From the NCBI GenBank assembly GCA_029953675.1, contig JAMWBK010000010.1:124001-188000 (forward strand): a stretch of DNA of 64,000 nucleotides. Reading direction: 5' to 3'. Below, piece by piece: positions 1 to 13,159 of the stretch (position 1 is the first letter of the stretch; each line of letters begins with the position of its first letter). The notes beneath the pieces are model-generated. The model ran no database searches and was not told the origin of the DNA. It was given only the letters and a program-made list of their open reading frames with translations. A program made the position numbers and the translations under genes. This DNA comes from Rhodosorus marinus CCMP1338. Its lineage: Eukaryota > Plantae > Rhodophyta.

Positions 1-40
1 GAAATAAGCTTCGGGAGACTCTTGCACGGCCTGGTATTCA

Positions 41-982
41 GCTGATGCCGTGCTGTTTTGATGCTCTCTCGGCAAGACTGATTGAGAGGGCGGGCTTCAA
101 TTTCACGTTCATGAGCGGATTTTCGAGTGCTGCTGTACATGGGTTGCCAGATACAGGTCTCATGTCTTTCGAAGAAGTTCGGCGTCACCTGCAATACCTA
201 ACGGAAACAAACAATATCCCCGTAATTTGTGATGGGGATACGGGATATGGAAACGCCCTCAATGTTAAGAGAACCATCCAAGGACTTCATTCAGCGGGCG
301 CGGCCGGGATCATGATCGAGGACCAAATCTCCCCGAAACGGTGCGGCCACACAAAGGTGAAAGGAGTAGTTTCCTATGACGAAGCAATGATGCGGATGAG
401 AGCTGCAATCGACGCTCGGGACGCCCATGCCAGCGACCTGGTCATCGTGGCCAGAACTGATGCAGCAAAAGCCATAGGTATTGATGAGGCCATAAAACGG
501 GCGAACGAGTTCCACAAGATGGGTGCTGAAGTGAGCTTTGTAGAGGCACCAGATTCCGTGGAAGCGATGCAGAGGTAATCTCCGAACGAAAACCGTCGCC
601 ATTCTCAGCAAAAAGGAACGCTACCGTGATTCCTGAACAGAAAAGCTTTTCTTTACCGAATCCTGCTCAAAATTCACTTCTACATGTACGCTGCCTCAGA
701 TTGTGCGACGGAATTGATGGATGGACAATGTGCAATTGTCTGGAGATGGGTGCCACACCAATTCTCGAACCCGCTAGGCTTGAAGAGCTTGGGTACAAGA
801 TCGCGGCGTACCCGCTCACGTTGTTATCGAGCGCAGTCAAGTCAATGGAGGAGGCTCTCGTTGTTCTTCGAGCGGGGGATGTTTCCAAGGTTAAGCCCAT
901 GCTGAAGGAATTCACCGATCTCCAAGAACTAGTCGGCTTCGACGATTATTTCCGGGAAGAGAAGCTGTACGAGGTCCCGTAG
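41..982 (+). CDS. Isocitrate lyase/PEP mutase superfamily enzyme (methylisocitrate lyase/CPEP mutase-like), 5'-partial, 2 exons visible
   Basis: Motifs DALSARLIERAGF, PVICDGDTGYGN, IEDQISPKRCGH, VARTDA and FVEAP. Intron 575-699 (GTAATC...CTCAG) joins to LCDGIDGWTMCNCLEMGATP...YPLTLL. An acceptor at ~40 implies upstream exons outside the window. Confidence 0.9.
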
Positions 983-1088
983 CGGACATGCTCGTACTGA
1001 TTGTAGCGAGTAACCACCTCACGGATATAGCACTTTGGGAGCTTAAAAGATATACAACAAGATTTCAATTCCGTAAAGCTGTCCCATT

Positions 1089-2128
1089 TCAGCTTGGAAG
1101 TACTCTACATCCGAGCGGTGCACCGATTGTAGGTGACAAAGTTAGAGCCAATGGCACACCATTCCTCATTACGGTGACGTTTAGCGAGACCCCATTGTGG
1201 TCTCGCACAGCTCCCGCCATTGCCCTGACAGCCGCAGCCGTCTCGCTGGAGAACGGGGAGGAGGGAGGGGAGAGAGCAGAGCATGTCTCAGTGCACGAGG
1301 GTGATGTACCAGAATCGAGCGGGTGGCGGGGACGTACCTGAATCTCTCCTTGCGAATTCCACCGAAGCTCATTATCAGGTCTCCTTGTTGGAGACCTCCT
1401 GCAGACGCTACCGAATTGGGAGCTACGACGTCCACAGTTGCGAACGGGGGCAGTGAAGCAATCGACCCGTTCGCTTCCTCAGTACGCCCCGTGTTCGAAG
1501 TAGAGACCTCCGGCGTCATCAACATAGGTTGAGATGTGGGGATGAGGGAAACTCGCGTCGTCGACGTTGTTGACGCGTATGATCCAGTCGTTGAATCCGA
1601 GAAAGACGTACTCCCGGAATCCCTAGGAGGTCCCATGTGCGTTGTTCCTGACGGATCTGCCGGAATTGTCTGCAGAGGCCACGGTCAAAAAGCCCAATTC
1701 AATTCGGTGAACTCAGTAAACAGATCCGAATCTTCAGTTTGCTTTTAGTGGAACAACCAGCAAGGTCACTAACCTGATGCAGCGCTCTTTCTATCTGATC
1801 CGTTATCGCCTTGTGATCGTTGTGAAGCTGAATCAGCTTCTGTCGCCATTCACGGACTTGGTGAATGTTGACATCGGCCTTTCAGCAACGACGACAAGCA
1901 AAACGCAAAGGCACGTCAGATGCCGCTCTAGGTATTCCAAGATCTTAGAGAGCATTTTGAACAGATACATACCGACGGATACCCTTCACGGTCCACCAAA
2001 GAACCTGAAATCCCAGGCATTCCATCAGCAGTTAAGGAGCTAGTAAGTGCCTCAATCTCAGCCTCAACTGCATCGCGATTGTTCATCAATCTCTTCACTT
2101 GCTCTCGCATTATCAAAGGAACTCCCAT
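1089..2128 (-). CDS. PSMD9: 26S proteasome assembly chaperone p27/Nas2 (PDZ), spliced
   Basis: Exon 1 ...IEAL...LVDREGYPS splices to ADVNIHQVREWRQKLIQLHNDHKAITDQIERALHQ (Nas2_N). PDZ exon PFATVDVVAPNSVASAGGLQQGDLIMSFG. Last exon ends LSPTIGAPLGCRVLPS*. Confidence 0.88.
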
Positions 2129-3160
2129 ACTGATAGTTTGTTAAGCCTGAGCTCAAAAACGAGTTCCCCTTACGTTCCTCACGAGGACTGCTCACCCTTC
2201 ACACCCTCTCACAACCTCAGCAATCCCCACTAACGAAAGATTGAAGCAGCTGGAACGCTGAAAACAGTCCTTCTCATAGAGAAACTGGACAACGACCAAC
2301 ATTCGTTACCAAAATATAAACGTATTTCTTGTTCATGGTCTAATATTTTTCAGAACTTTATTAATTGCAAATCAGTTGATCAATCAAAATTAATTCGATC
2401 AAGCTTATAACTGGATAATTTACTAGCTACTTTGATTGGAATGTGTGAACCACCGTTTTTTGGTCCTTTCTTCATCAGTAGAACGAAAATTGTCAATCAA
2501 TAAAAGTGTGAATGCATTAAAAAATAGAAGCAAGCGGATTGTATTGATTGGCTGCAGTTCGCTCTCGCGTTTAGCGGGGATTTAGAGCCATAGTTTCCGC
2601 CGCTCTTTTTTTTTTTTTTTGCCGTGGTCGGTTTCCGTAAAAGGAGGTTTCTGGAGTTCGGTGGTGGCTACACTTCTGGGGCTCCTTCGCTCCTGTCAAT
2701 GGTGCAGCTTTATTAGCTTTTTCCCGGATAAACTACCCGCGCCTGCTGTATAACCCAAGACTACGTAACCGTAAACTTTACTGGGCAGCCCTCGGTGCGA
2801 TGGGTGTGGCAGTCGGTAGACCGCTGAAACAGGCGCTAACCTCTCGTTCAAATGAACATATCTCCAATCAGCGTTTATTTGCATGGTTCAAGCTGTCGTC
2901 CGATCACAGACACAGCGAAGAGGATTACAGTGGAGGCATTATGTATATGTCCAATATATCATAAAAAAAGGGAGTCCCCAGAGCAGATCCGCAATATTGA
3001 GAAGCGGCTGCCATTGCAGGCTTGTACAACTCGTCCGACACAACGAGGAACGTTCATGCTTCTTTGGCCGCTCTTCAGCTCCAAGTTTGAGGCCTTCGTA
3101 AGCTATAATTTGAAGCCCTGCTTCCGTTGGCCTCCCGTCCAAACCAAGGATGTTGAAGCG

Positions 3161-3487
3161 TTACTTTTCCACCTTCACAAACCGACCCTTCGTTCTGGGT
3201 CTGTTAATCGCAGTCTGTTTCCTACACTCATATCGAATAACCTTTTTGAAATTCCTCCTCGCCCTCTTCTTCTTGTACCTTCTAAGGGCGTCCATCCTCA
3301 CTTGCGACCATGACGTCGTCGGCTGAGCTTCATCATCGTTTGAAACGTCGCTCAGAGCCGGAGAGGTGTCCCGTGCTCCTTGTGCGACAGTTGAACAAAA
3401 GTTCAGAAACATGCTCGCTCCTTCGACAGTTACGGGATCATACTCCTCCTTATGAGGGCTCCCAATTTCAGGTGTGGTCATTTCCAT
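3161..3487 (-). CDS. CCT-motif protein (CONSTANS/TOC1-type); upstream exon possible
   Basis: C-terminal RMDALRRYKKKRARRNFKKVIRYECRKQTAINRPRTKGRFVK is a complete CCT motif. Confidence 0.8.
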   Translation of the reverse strand: MEMTTPEIGSPHKEEYDPVTVEGASMFLNFCSTVAQGARDTSPALSDVSNDDEAQPTTSWSQVRMDALRRYKKKRARRNFKKVIRYECRKQTAINRPRTKGRFVKVEK

Positions 3488-6408
3488 CTTTAGCAACCAA
3501 AAACGTTCAACAAGCCACAACTGCCACACAACAACTACCACACAACCCTGCCCCCGCCCCCGCCCCCCCCCCCCCAAGAAAAAAAAACTTGCTAGTCCCA
3601 CTCACACGCCTTCCCTCCTTCTCGCAAACGCAGACCTAGTCTCAACAACAGTCGTTTCTCACACCATCGGTATATGGGATACCCTTCCCATGTCTCCTCC
3701 ATTCGTTTCTCAATCTATGTTTATATTCACTAGTGCTTGCTTCTGGCTGAAGGAGGCGTTCTTGTCGAACCGCAAGAAAACGCCAACTGATCTCGAGATG
3801 ACGCCCCATTTTTCCTCACAAAACAAATTATAGTTTTCAAGAAACTATTACATTAAGGTAAATTGGACAATATCAAAAACCCTGAAAATAAATAAAACAA
3901 ACATTACGAAATTGGAAAGTGAGTCTATGCAAGCGGAAGTAGACTCGGATTGTTTAAATAAAATAAAAAACCCGGTTTCTAGAGCTAGCAGAAAATAAAA
4001 AAATCTTCGTCATTTGTCCAAAAACATAAAAATCTAAATTCTGGAGTATACGGATTGGTTGTTGGCGACTGGAAAATCTCGGAAAAAGACGCAACTCGAT
4101 GAGCATTGGATGATTTTTAAATGTATCCAAGTATTAATTGGATAGAAGTAGATATCTATGCATCTCCTTTGCCCAATGAATGAAAATGAAAAGCAAAAAC
4201 CCCATTTGCAACCTTGTCCGTATCAAAGAAGTCAAACAACTAACTAGAACTGCAAAATCCTTTAAGGGGGGGTATGCACATATTTTAATGCGGACTAACA
4301 AAACTTGTATAATCCTCCAATTTATTCAGACAAGAAGAGATTAAAAGCTATATTCGAGTTCCCATAAGGCGTGCGGTACAAAAGCTCAAAGTGTACTCAC
4401 ACTACAACTTTCTACCCCTTGGATAGCCGTTGTCGTGGAGCAGCTCGCTGGTCGTTCGACTGCTCCATAGCAAAAAAATCCCAGTTAGCTTATTTGAGTT
4501 AGTTTTTCAAGTTCGCAGGAAACAGGTGATATTCAATTTTCAGTAGAAATCCATCGTTACGGGTATTTTATCGGCCATTGTCATAAATATCTTTCCTGTA
4601 TTGTGGAAAAAATATCTTGGAAAAATATCTTCTTCGGCACGCCAAAAGTCCGTTGATTTTCCATCATGCCAAGATCCAAAGCTGAGGAACTAATTCGATT
4701 GGTGAGCGGCGGATTGGAGTGTATGAGTGATTCGTGTGCGATCCAGCCTCTCCCCCCCTTCTACCATCCCCTCCACACAGATTCTTATTTCAGTTGCCGT
4801 TTTAGAAGGAAGATCTGTGAAGAAGACGAGCGAGCCCCTTTCTCCCCCTAAAGAAACTATTGCGAATTAGACATGGCCTTGAGCTGCGTTATCACCGTAA
4901 TGCGGAAGATGCGGTTGGGGTGGGGGTCAAAAAGAGGCTTGAAAGAGTTTTTGAGCTGTTTGTGGGTGAGGCGCGGGAGGTCCTTGACCGATTCTTATCT
5001 GGAGGTACCAAGTTGGATCACTTCGCTTTGTGGTGGCTGTTCGTAAGCTTGAGCGGCTAGATGCAAAAATCTTTTTGCAAGCTAACAGCGCAGATTGCAG
5101 TTAGGGGAAGTGGCCATTGACTTCCGCAAAGCTTGCTCTCTGAAACACGCGATTGCGGGGTTAGGCACCTGTTCGATCGGGATCCGGAAGCCACCCCGAA
5201 ATCTGACAACCTTCATTTCTCTCTACCAAAAGTTACCAAACCCACACCAGCAAACCAGCAAAATTCCTCCCCTACTATTCGCCACACGCTCCCTCCGCCT
5301 CTCTCCATCTTCGCTGCACAATCCAGACCCGAATCGCCAGTTGCAATCCTCATACATGAACTAGTCTCAGCAGCAATGTCAGGATCTCTCCCCTGCTCTC
5401 CCTATCAAAGCACACCACCACCACCTTGGCTCCTTGCAGGGAGCAGGGAGGATCGTAGAAGGAAACATCCTCCACAACCTAAAAACAACAAAAGATCTTG
5501 CAGAATTCAGAACACACCCCTCAACCCATCCATTCAAGATGCTCATTACGCAAAGAACGCCTCGCTCACATTCCCCCAAAGCCGATAACAACCATTGAAT
5601 TCCCAAATGTATCGCAATCCATTTACCTCCAATCAATAATACTCGAACGGATTTTATTTATTTTCTGATAATCAAATCCGAGCAATACTTGACACTCCCA
5701 GCCCGTCGTCTGAAGTTCTAAAAATATTTCCGAAATTCTTGGGCGCGTTTCCTAATGGAGAAAACTATGAATTCCTCGTGGTAAGCTCTTGGGTTGGTGG
5801 GGTGGAGTGGGGTTGGGAGGAGCTTGAGCTGGGTGCGAATGACCCTTCCAGAGCGGACTATACTTCTGTTATATAGAATAAGCAATCGATGCTTGAAATT
5901 TCCGGCCGTGGTTTCCGTGAGAAGAAAGCTCTCTCCAAGGACAGTCCCAACCGGATTCTCGAGTTGCGCCGCGGTTCGTCGGCTGTTAAAGACGGCGTTG
6001 TTGCATGTCCTCGAGCAGTGCTGCGATTTCCATTTTGATAAGCAGAAGTACCAAAAGGATAGCTGCATGCTGTAGTGAGCGTTCACGCTCTTTTTGATAG
6101 CTATTCTCTCCGAGACCGCATTGAGCGCGGGTGTTGGATGAAAGAGTCCATGGAGCTAATCTGCTGCTCGACGTTGGATCGTCGAGACCGGTGGATGTGC
6201 GCAAATTGGCGATCGTGCCGTGGTTCGTGAGCCCATGAGAACAGCTCTTCGTACAAAAGCCGGGTTGAACGTAGAAATAGGTGGTCAGCAAGCTGCAAGC
6301 CGAGAGCGATCGGACCTCACTGGCCGTGAAGGTCTGTCGATTGACAGTGGGTGCTCACGCCGAGCGGGACAGAGCTGAGCAAGCTTTCGCAGTATTGAAG
6401 CCTTGGAC

Positions 6409-8199
6409 ATGGGGAAGAAGAGGAAGAGACAGACCGCTGAGAACGGTAACCTGACTCGATTCCATGAAGCCGTCGCGAAGGGGAACGGATCCACTGCAGT
6501 AGAATTGCTAGAATCCCTGCATTCAGAACGAAAAGTTACCCCAACTCAACTCACGAGTGCTTTGAGCGCTCTGGGACGGGAGAGTAAGGATGATAGCAAG
6601 CTGAGCTGGAAGGGAGCCCTCTCGCTAGCCGATAAGGCGGTGGAGATGGTAAACGGCGGGCGCTCTGTGCTCGGCGAACCTGGCTTCACAGCTTTGGTTA
6701 AGATCACGGCCCTTGCTGGTATCGAAGAAAGTGAGTTTTTTCTTGGGACATGATCTGAACCGGAATATTTTTGGTGCCGAACTATGCTATCCGATCTCCA
6801 CGAAATTGAAACCTGCTCCATTCTCTCTTTAGACGATTCCTCGTACGCTGATAAAGTGAGAGCGCTTATCTCGGAGATGCGGCAAAGGAAAATCACGATC
6901 AAGAAGAGAACTTATGCTTCTCTTGTTAGTATCCTATGCGGCCTGAAGCTGACCGAGCAGGTCAAGAATGTCATCACAGTTGAGTCGCATTGCCAAACAT
7001 CGGGTTAAGCACGATGCGAGTGACGCGATCGTGGGTGAGATAAAATCTGAGCTTTTCGTCTATAAACCTGTTCACAATGCCTGGCAGGAAGCTAGCAACG
7101 ATAAGGTTGAGCTGGACGAGGAATCATATTCTTGCATTGTCGCATATCTAACGGACAACGAGACTGAAGAATCCGTCTGGGAAGTCCTGGACAAATTCCG
7201 GCACCAGAACCGAACCGTTTCCGAGCAAATGGCAGAGAGTGGTTCCGCTCTGGATAGATTTTTCAGCAAACACGGTACTGAAACGATGGTGGTAAAGCGA
7301 ATTCGGAAGGATGGAACATGTCCTCATTGCCAGATCAAACTTGATTCAGTGGACCTGACGAAGGAGCAAATAGATCAGATGATTTCTCAAGTAGAGGACT
7401 ACTTTTTCGTCAGTACGTGCGACGCCAATTCCCGTCTGCCTTGCTCCAAGCCGGTCCTTGTTCGACTAAAACAACTACCGTCGGCCGGTGTCAACCTTGA
7501 CTGAACGTTTGTGAACAGGCGAGGAACAAAAACTTGCTCTGCAAGGCCTCGCAACGTGGCTCAAAGACCTTGACAGCAACCTGGACTGCGTCATCGATGG
7601 CGCCAACGTTGGTTTCTTCATGCAACGGCCAGATCTTGGAGGCGTGCTTAGTTTTGCTCAGATTCAGCTAGCAGTAGATGCCTGCCGAGCCAACGACTTC
7701 AAGCATGTTGTTGTCTTCCTTCACGAGAAGCGTGCGATCGGACCTGAGGTAGGGAGTCCACTGAATAAATCGATGAGAGAGACTTTGCAAGTAGACAGCT
7801 CAATAGGACACCTTGCTCTGTCTCAAGGTCGATAAGCTACGTGAGTCGTGCAGAGTGTACCTGACCCCAAGGCGGATGAACGATGACTGGTTTTGGTTGT
7901 ATGCTGCCCTGCTCCCTCTTCGACAAGGCTCGAAGGCGTTTGTATTATCGAATGACCAGATGCGAGATCACGTCTTCCGGTCGCTCACAGAGTCCGCGTT
8001 TCTGCGGTGGCGGGAGAGACACCTTATTGAGTATTCTATCTCAAAGGTGAACAAATTTCGTCTACAAATACCATCTGTTTATTCTCGGGACGTGCAGAAG
8101 TCTCGATCGAACGAGCGATTCTGGCATTTTCCAATCCGCGAAGGAGAGAACGAGAGCAGCTCAACATCCTGGCTATGCTGCGCGGCTCCCTTAAAATGA
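6409..8199 (+). CDS. PRORP: Protein-only RNase P (PPR + Zn + NYN nuclease), ~5 exons, N-terminal NLS
   Basis: Spliced frame gives a helical N-terminal region, CPHC, VIDGANVG, TPRRMNDDWFWLYAA, SNDQMRDH, and C-terminal WHFP...WLCC. Introns are approximately 6731-6832, 6961-7087, 7409-7518 and 7750-7827. The protein starts MGKKRKRQ. Confidence 0.9.
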
Positions 8200-9491
8200 C
8201 TGTGTGGATGAATACGACCTTCTGGGCCAGCTCAATCGTGGATCATTGAACGTAACCGTGCTGTAGTTCAGGGTGTGAACCATCAGGACAGACGACCACG
8301 ACGGCGCAGCGGGGTCTGTTAAGATAAGCTCGCTCGTAACTGTCGAAACTGAAAAGCCTGAGTACCGGAAGCGCGTTCAGATATTGCCCAGAGTAGGTGC
8401 CCAGTTATACGTTCGTGGTCGTACAGGAGAGCTGGCCGACGATGTCAACAAGAAGCCGTCAACGGTGACAAACGGGGAGGTTGAAGGTTTTCAAAACCCA
8501 TTCCAGGATGCTCCACTGTGAACTTTTAGCCAGGGGCTCATCCAGGTCGACAACGAAGGATAACAGCAGAAAGGCGAACGTGCGAGAATATTCTCGTTGC
8601 TTGAGCAATAGGGCACACGAGACATCTAGTCGACTGCTTAGCACCAGTGGGATAAGAGTCTGCTTAGACTTAACCGCACTCTCGAACTTCCCGTAAGCCA
8701 AAAGCCTGATGTTTGCGCATATAGCGAGTTGGCCTCAACTTCACGGGATTGACTTTACCGCAATGAACTTGACACAAGAAAACTGACGCAAACTGACGAG
8801 AAACCAAATAGAGAAATAAATATCAATTCGGATGCTAGTCCGCAATATGGTCCATTCTCAACGAGAATATAGCCAAGGCATCCCTACCCGGACCCTGCTT
8901 CGTTTACTCTTCTCGTCCACAAACCGACCCATCGATGGAATGGGTTGGAACGCCCACGCTGAGCTAGAGGATGGAACAAGTTGAGCTCTTACATCAGTAA
9001 GCAGAGGTAATCAATTCATCAGGACCTCAAAACAAATATGTTGGTTGACGAGGAGTTCCAACCATCTCTCGGTCGGCGCCGCAACACACAAAGAAGTCCC
9101 TGTTATTAAAACCAGTTGTGCAAAATACTTTTGTACATACCCCCAACCAAACTCCTCCATCAAGTAAGTGTGGTTGAACCCTAAAGGGTGAGGAGCTATC
9201 GAAAGTAACAACTCGAGCTTAGCACGACAAATGTAAAGTTTTTAGGGTTTCACTTGGGACAATTTGTTTAAATATAACGGCAAACTCGGGAAAGACGAAG
9301 GCGATAAGAGATTTAGTCGGGAGGGGGTAAGGGGGGAGGTCTTGTCGCCTAGTTAAGGACCTTGAAACGAATCTGTCCTACCAACATGGGCTTTTGTTAA
9401 AATCGACTGTTGCCAAGCCTTTATTTTGTGGTTTGGCGCTTTGGTGGGCTAGGTACGGAATATAGTTGAGGAGGGATTGGTTTGAGATAAG

Positions 9492-9985
9492 ATGCATTCC
9501 TGGATTCCGAAGACTAGGCCTTCACTTTGGGATTATGGAATGAAATCTGAAGCGAAGGAGAGTTGTGGGATCAGATCAAGTGAGCTTTCTGTTCTGGAGA
9601 GAGCCCTGGAGAAGGAGGTGTGTCGTCTTAGCTGGGTTGGACCGTTGCCATATTTTGTTGGGTCTACTGATCTTCCGATTTTTACGTCGTTTACCTTGTT
9701 TTTTAGATGGAAGCCATAAGGAAAACTGAAGCTCCAAAGCCGTTGGGCGTTCGACATCGTTGGGAAGAGGAGGAGGAGGACGTCGAGCTTTTCGCGACTT
9801 ATGACAATGATGAGGAGGGCGAGGAGAACTCTTCGGATGGGCTATTGAGCAGTAACACCGACGCTGTGCTTGATGAGAGCGACGATATGGACGAAGGGGT
9901 CACAGATGACAACGACGATGACGAAGATGAGGAGCTCTACCAACAAGCTCGAACCGGAAACTGGTGGTTTTCAGGAAATCAGTGA
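9492..9985 (+). CDS. Small acidic protein, probable APC/C subunit 15 (APC15/Mnd2-like), 2 exons
   Basis: Intron 9618-9706. The product MHSWIPKTRPSLW...ELSVLERALEKEMEAIRKTEAPKPLG + long D/E tract + terminal WWF follows the APC15 layout as I recall it (P-x-x-x-x-LW, helix, PIG, acidic tail). Confidence 0.5.
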
Positions 9986-10084
9986 CGGTTGCTTGTACAG
10001 CATACAGCATACCCTCATGGCAGTCTGTGCATGTTTGGGTATGCGGGGGGTCTGTTTTACCGCAAGAATCAAATTCGTGTTAGC

Positions 10085-12254
10085 CTAGTTGGAGTTCTCA
10101 GTGGGTTCGACGTAACCACGAGGTATCCGAACGACTCCACCGGCGCTCTTTACTCGTGCCGCTGATGAGCCGACGTCGCCGTCCATTTCATAGTCTTCTT
10201 CGTAGACAAGGTCCTCAAATCCGTTTGCCGGTGATCTACGCCTCATCATTATTCGGAAGCAGAGGATGCAAAAGCATACAAGGACCAGGCACGCTCCAAC
10301 GACTGCAGAGATGAGGATAAAGTTTGGAAGCTGTGAAACCGCGTACAAAAGGCCTAGTTTTTTGGTGGGCAGAGAGGAGAAAGGGGGAAAGTTAGAAACA
10401 GGAGAAGATCTAGCCTGCTGCTCTTCGTTTTCGGTTCCATACCGCTGAATCCGGCACCTGCCCTGGCACCTGTTATTTTGCAAACCGCCGCGAAAATAAA
10501 TTAGACCATTAATATGAGTTCGACCTGAACCACGCGCAACTGTGCGCAGGGGAAGAAACTTACTTGGAGGGACGTTGAACGTAGCAAGAACTAGGTCTTC
10601 GGTGTGCGCTACCGATCCCGAAGCTATTGCCATAAAGATCTTATTCTCCCTACTGCAATACTTAGATGCGTGAACTTCAAACCACTCCTTCGGTTTGACA
10701 TCCATCTGGTACTTGGCAGCTATCTCCCCTTCTCCGTTCAGAACAATCGCGACTGGGCTTCGATCACCGCGCATGTTGATTCTCCCGTAATTCCCTTCAC
10801 TGTCTCCAACGGCTACGAAGTGCTTCGCTCCGGTCGCATACGCTCCGGCAATACTATCATCATGCCTAGAAGGTGGGGTGAAACAGGACGAGTCACAAAA
10901 AGTGCTTAAACCGAACCGGCTTCCTTCTGAGGTACAACGAGCAACGTATGCTTACCCATCCACACCGTCAGAAGCGGACCACTCCATAGCTCCTTTTGCA
11001 GAAAACGACGCCACGTAGATCTGGTTTCCTACTTCTGGAGTGTCATAGAAGATTGCCGACATCACCAACCCACCATCTCCGTCAGGCGCCATGGTCATTG
11101 GTCTAACCGATGCCTGTCCATCGTATTTGTATTCAAAGCCCTGGCGCAACAGCATCGATTCGTTTCGTTCGTTAAGAGAAAAACGCGTGTCTACCTGCCG
11201 TGTCTAGACACCTCTAAGACGCATAAAGTCGATTCAATCTCTACAGGATATGCTTACTTGGGACAAGTTCGGAAGGTGAATCTGCTTCAATGAGAATACA
11301 AATCGATCGTTCGCGTAATAAGTGCTGGCAGCAAACGCGCATTCCCCATCTTCTGAGATGGTAACCGTAACTCTCGTGATATCCTCATGATTTTCCATGG
11401 AGTATTCTCTGGATTTCAAACTGCCGTGCTTTCCGTCAACACCGAGAAGGCCGACGAACAGTTTCCTATCCGAGTCTGATCCAACGTACCGGTTTCCGGT
11501 TAGCTCCACCAGAAATCTTTCAGGACAGGACCGAACAGAGTTCTCTCACCTTTCGGTTCCGAGGAAAGGGCTCCAGTCGTTGCACCGAACAGGTAAAGGT
11601 GCTCTCCATCCTTACTCACGTGAATGTCCCATCCTTCATCCTCTGTATCCCTTGCGTGCTGATGAATCCATCGAGAATCTCCGTTCTCACTATTCAGCCT
11701 TGCAAACAAGACATCACTGGGCTTCTTATCAGATGACAACTCCTCGGTGGGATCATGCCTTTCCACCTTGCCATCCGTAGTGCCAACAACGTATACCTCA
11801 CTTCCGAACGTAGTGAGACCGCCACAGATTTCCCTTTGAGGAGAGCCCAGCAGCCTTATCCATCCCAACCTTCCATCCCTGGAAACCTATTACACCAAAA
11901 AAAAGGAAGGGAGGTTTCAGATTACCGGAGGCTTAAGTAACGAGATCTGCCCATGAATGAAATGAAGAGCACTATAACCTTTGCAATAAAAATGTCCTCG
12001 ACTCCAAGTGAAGCTCCTTCGTTAACCGCTTCACCCAGTCGATCTTCCTTGTTCAATGCCCTGGACGAGCCGCAAATATACACAAAATTATCATCCCCGA
12101 GAGCTAGGGCAGAGGGACGGTTATTCGCCCCACTGGAAGCGTAAAGTACATCCTCAAAAAACGGATCCTTCTCATCCTGCGCCTCGACGCGGCTTGAACG
12201 CCACACACAAGTAAGCACAAGAACCCACCAGATTCTCATCCCTCTATGAGACAT
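10085..12254 (-). CDS. Type I membrane protein with SBBP-like beta-propeller repeats, multi-exon
   Basis: Signal peptide MRIWWVLVLTCVW. Repeats SALALGDDNFVYICGSS...DIFIAK, GSEVYVVGTTDG...DVLFARLN and DIHVSKDGEHLYLFGATTG. TM helix ILISAVVGACLVLVCFCILCF is followed by the stop-transfer RRR. Confidence 0.75.
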
Positions 12255-13159
12255 CGAACAACCAACCACAAAAAAAACCAAACAAAAGTTTCCGCTGAGA
12301 TGATGTCCACTCCAAACAGGCACAGAAACCAATGCCAACCAGTTCGCCAACCAGAATCTCCAACGCGTACTTGCTCAAAGATCAGAAACTTCTACCATCA
12401 TCCCCAGTTTTCACATCTAAAAGAGGCCAGCCTACACAAACCCCAAAAGCACACAGATCGACAGAGTGGGTCCTCAAGGAACACAAGATCAATCTCTCAA
12501 AAATCTTCAGCACCTGCTGCGTTCAATGATGAAAGTCCCCAAAACCCTCTCGACCGAGCCACCAGTTCAGTTCAGATGTTAAAACCAATCCCTACCAAAT
12601 CCAATAAGAGACAAAACCTCTAACGACACCTCTCCACTGGTCTCATTCCTAAACTCTCAATATCAAAAGTTCGGTCTTCTCATCAGAATCCAATCCAAAC
12701 CAGTTCTAACAAGAGCAGACTAAGAGAGACATAAAGTGACCAGAGATATAAAAAGTGCAAACTAAGAAGCCTCCTAAGAAAATTCTGACCTCATCTATTA
12801 ACCAGCCAGTGGAGAATCGATCGAAACTTGTTCCCTTTCTGCTTCCTTAGAGAAGGCACCAGCAAAATCCTTTTTTCACTGAGCAGCTGTTTACTTTGCG
12901 GTAACAAAGTGTCCGAAGTTTGTTTAAAGAGCCTCTTTCTTTCAATCGAGGCTGTGAGTCTCCAAACACCTTCCCCTTTCTCTTCCTGAAGCAGGTGAAG
13001 TATCTTCATCCAAAGGCAAATACTTGGCGAGGATGAGGAATTTTTTTTCACACAATGAATTATTGGCTTTTTGAGAAAACAAAAGGTTGTGAAGAGGACA
13101 TCTTGCGCGGCTCGACTTTGCGAGCTTTGTCTGAGTCAGCCAGGACAACCTATCCGTTT

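Noticed and set aside
2640-2965. ~105-codon start-less open frame on plus, and overlapping ORFs 2852-3313
   Set aside because: No recognisable motif or convincing splice partners; overlaps the likely 3' region of the CCT gene.
4666-6400. Several 60-150 aa ORFs on both strands upstream of PRORP
   Set aside because: No domain signatures; consistent with chance ORFs or UTRs. An extra PRORP 5' exon cannot be excluded.
8200-8760. Short ORFs after PRORP
   Set aside because: No recognisable protein in any frame.
12644-12659. 16-nt exact match (CTCATTCCTAAACTCT) to ~62414
   Set aside because: About one such match is expected by chance in a 64-kb self-comparison.
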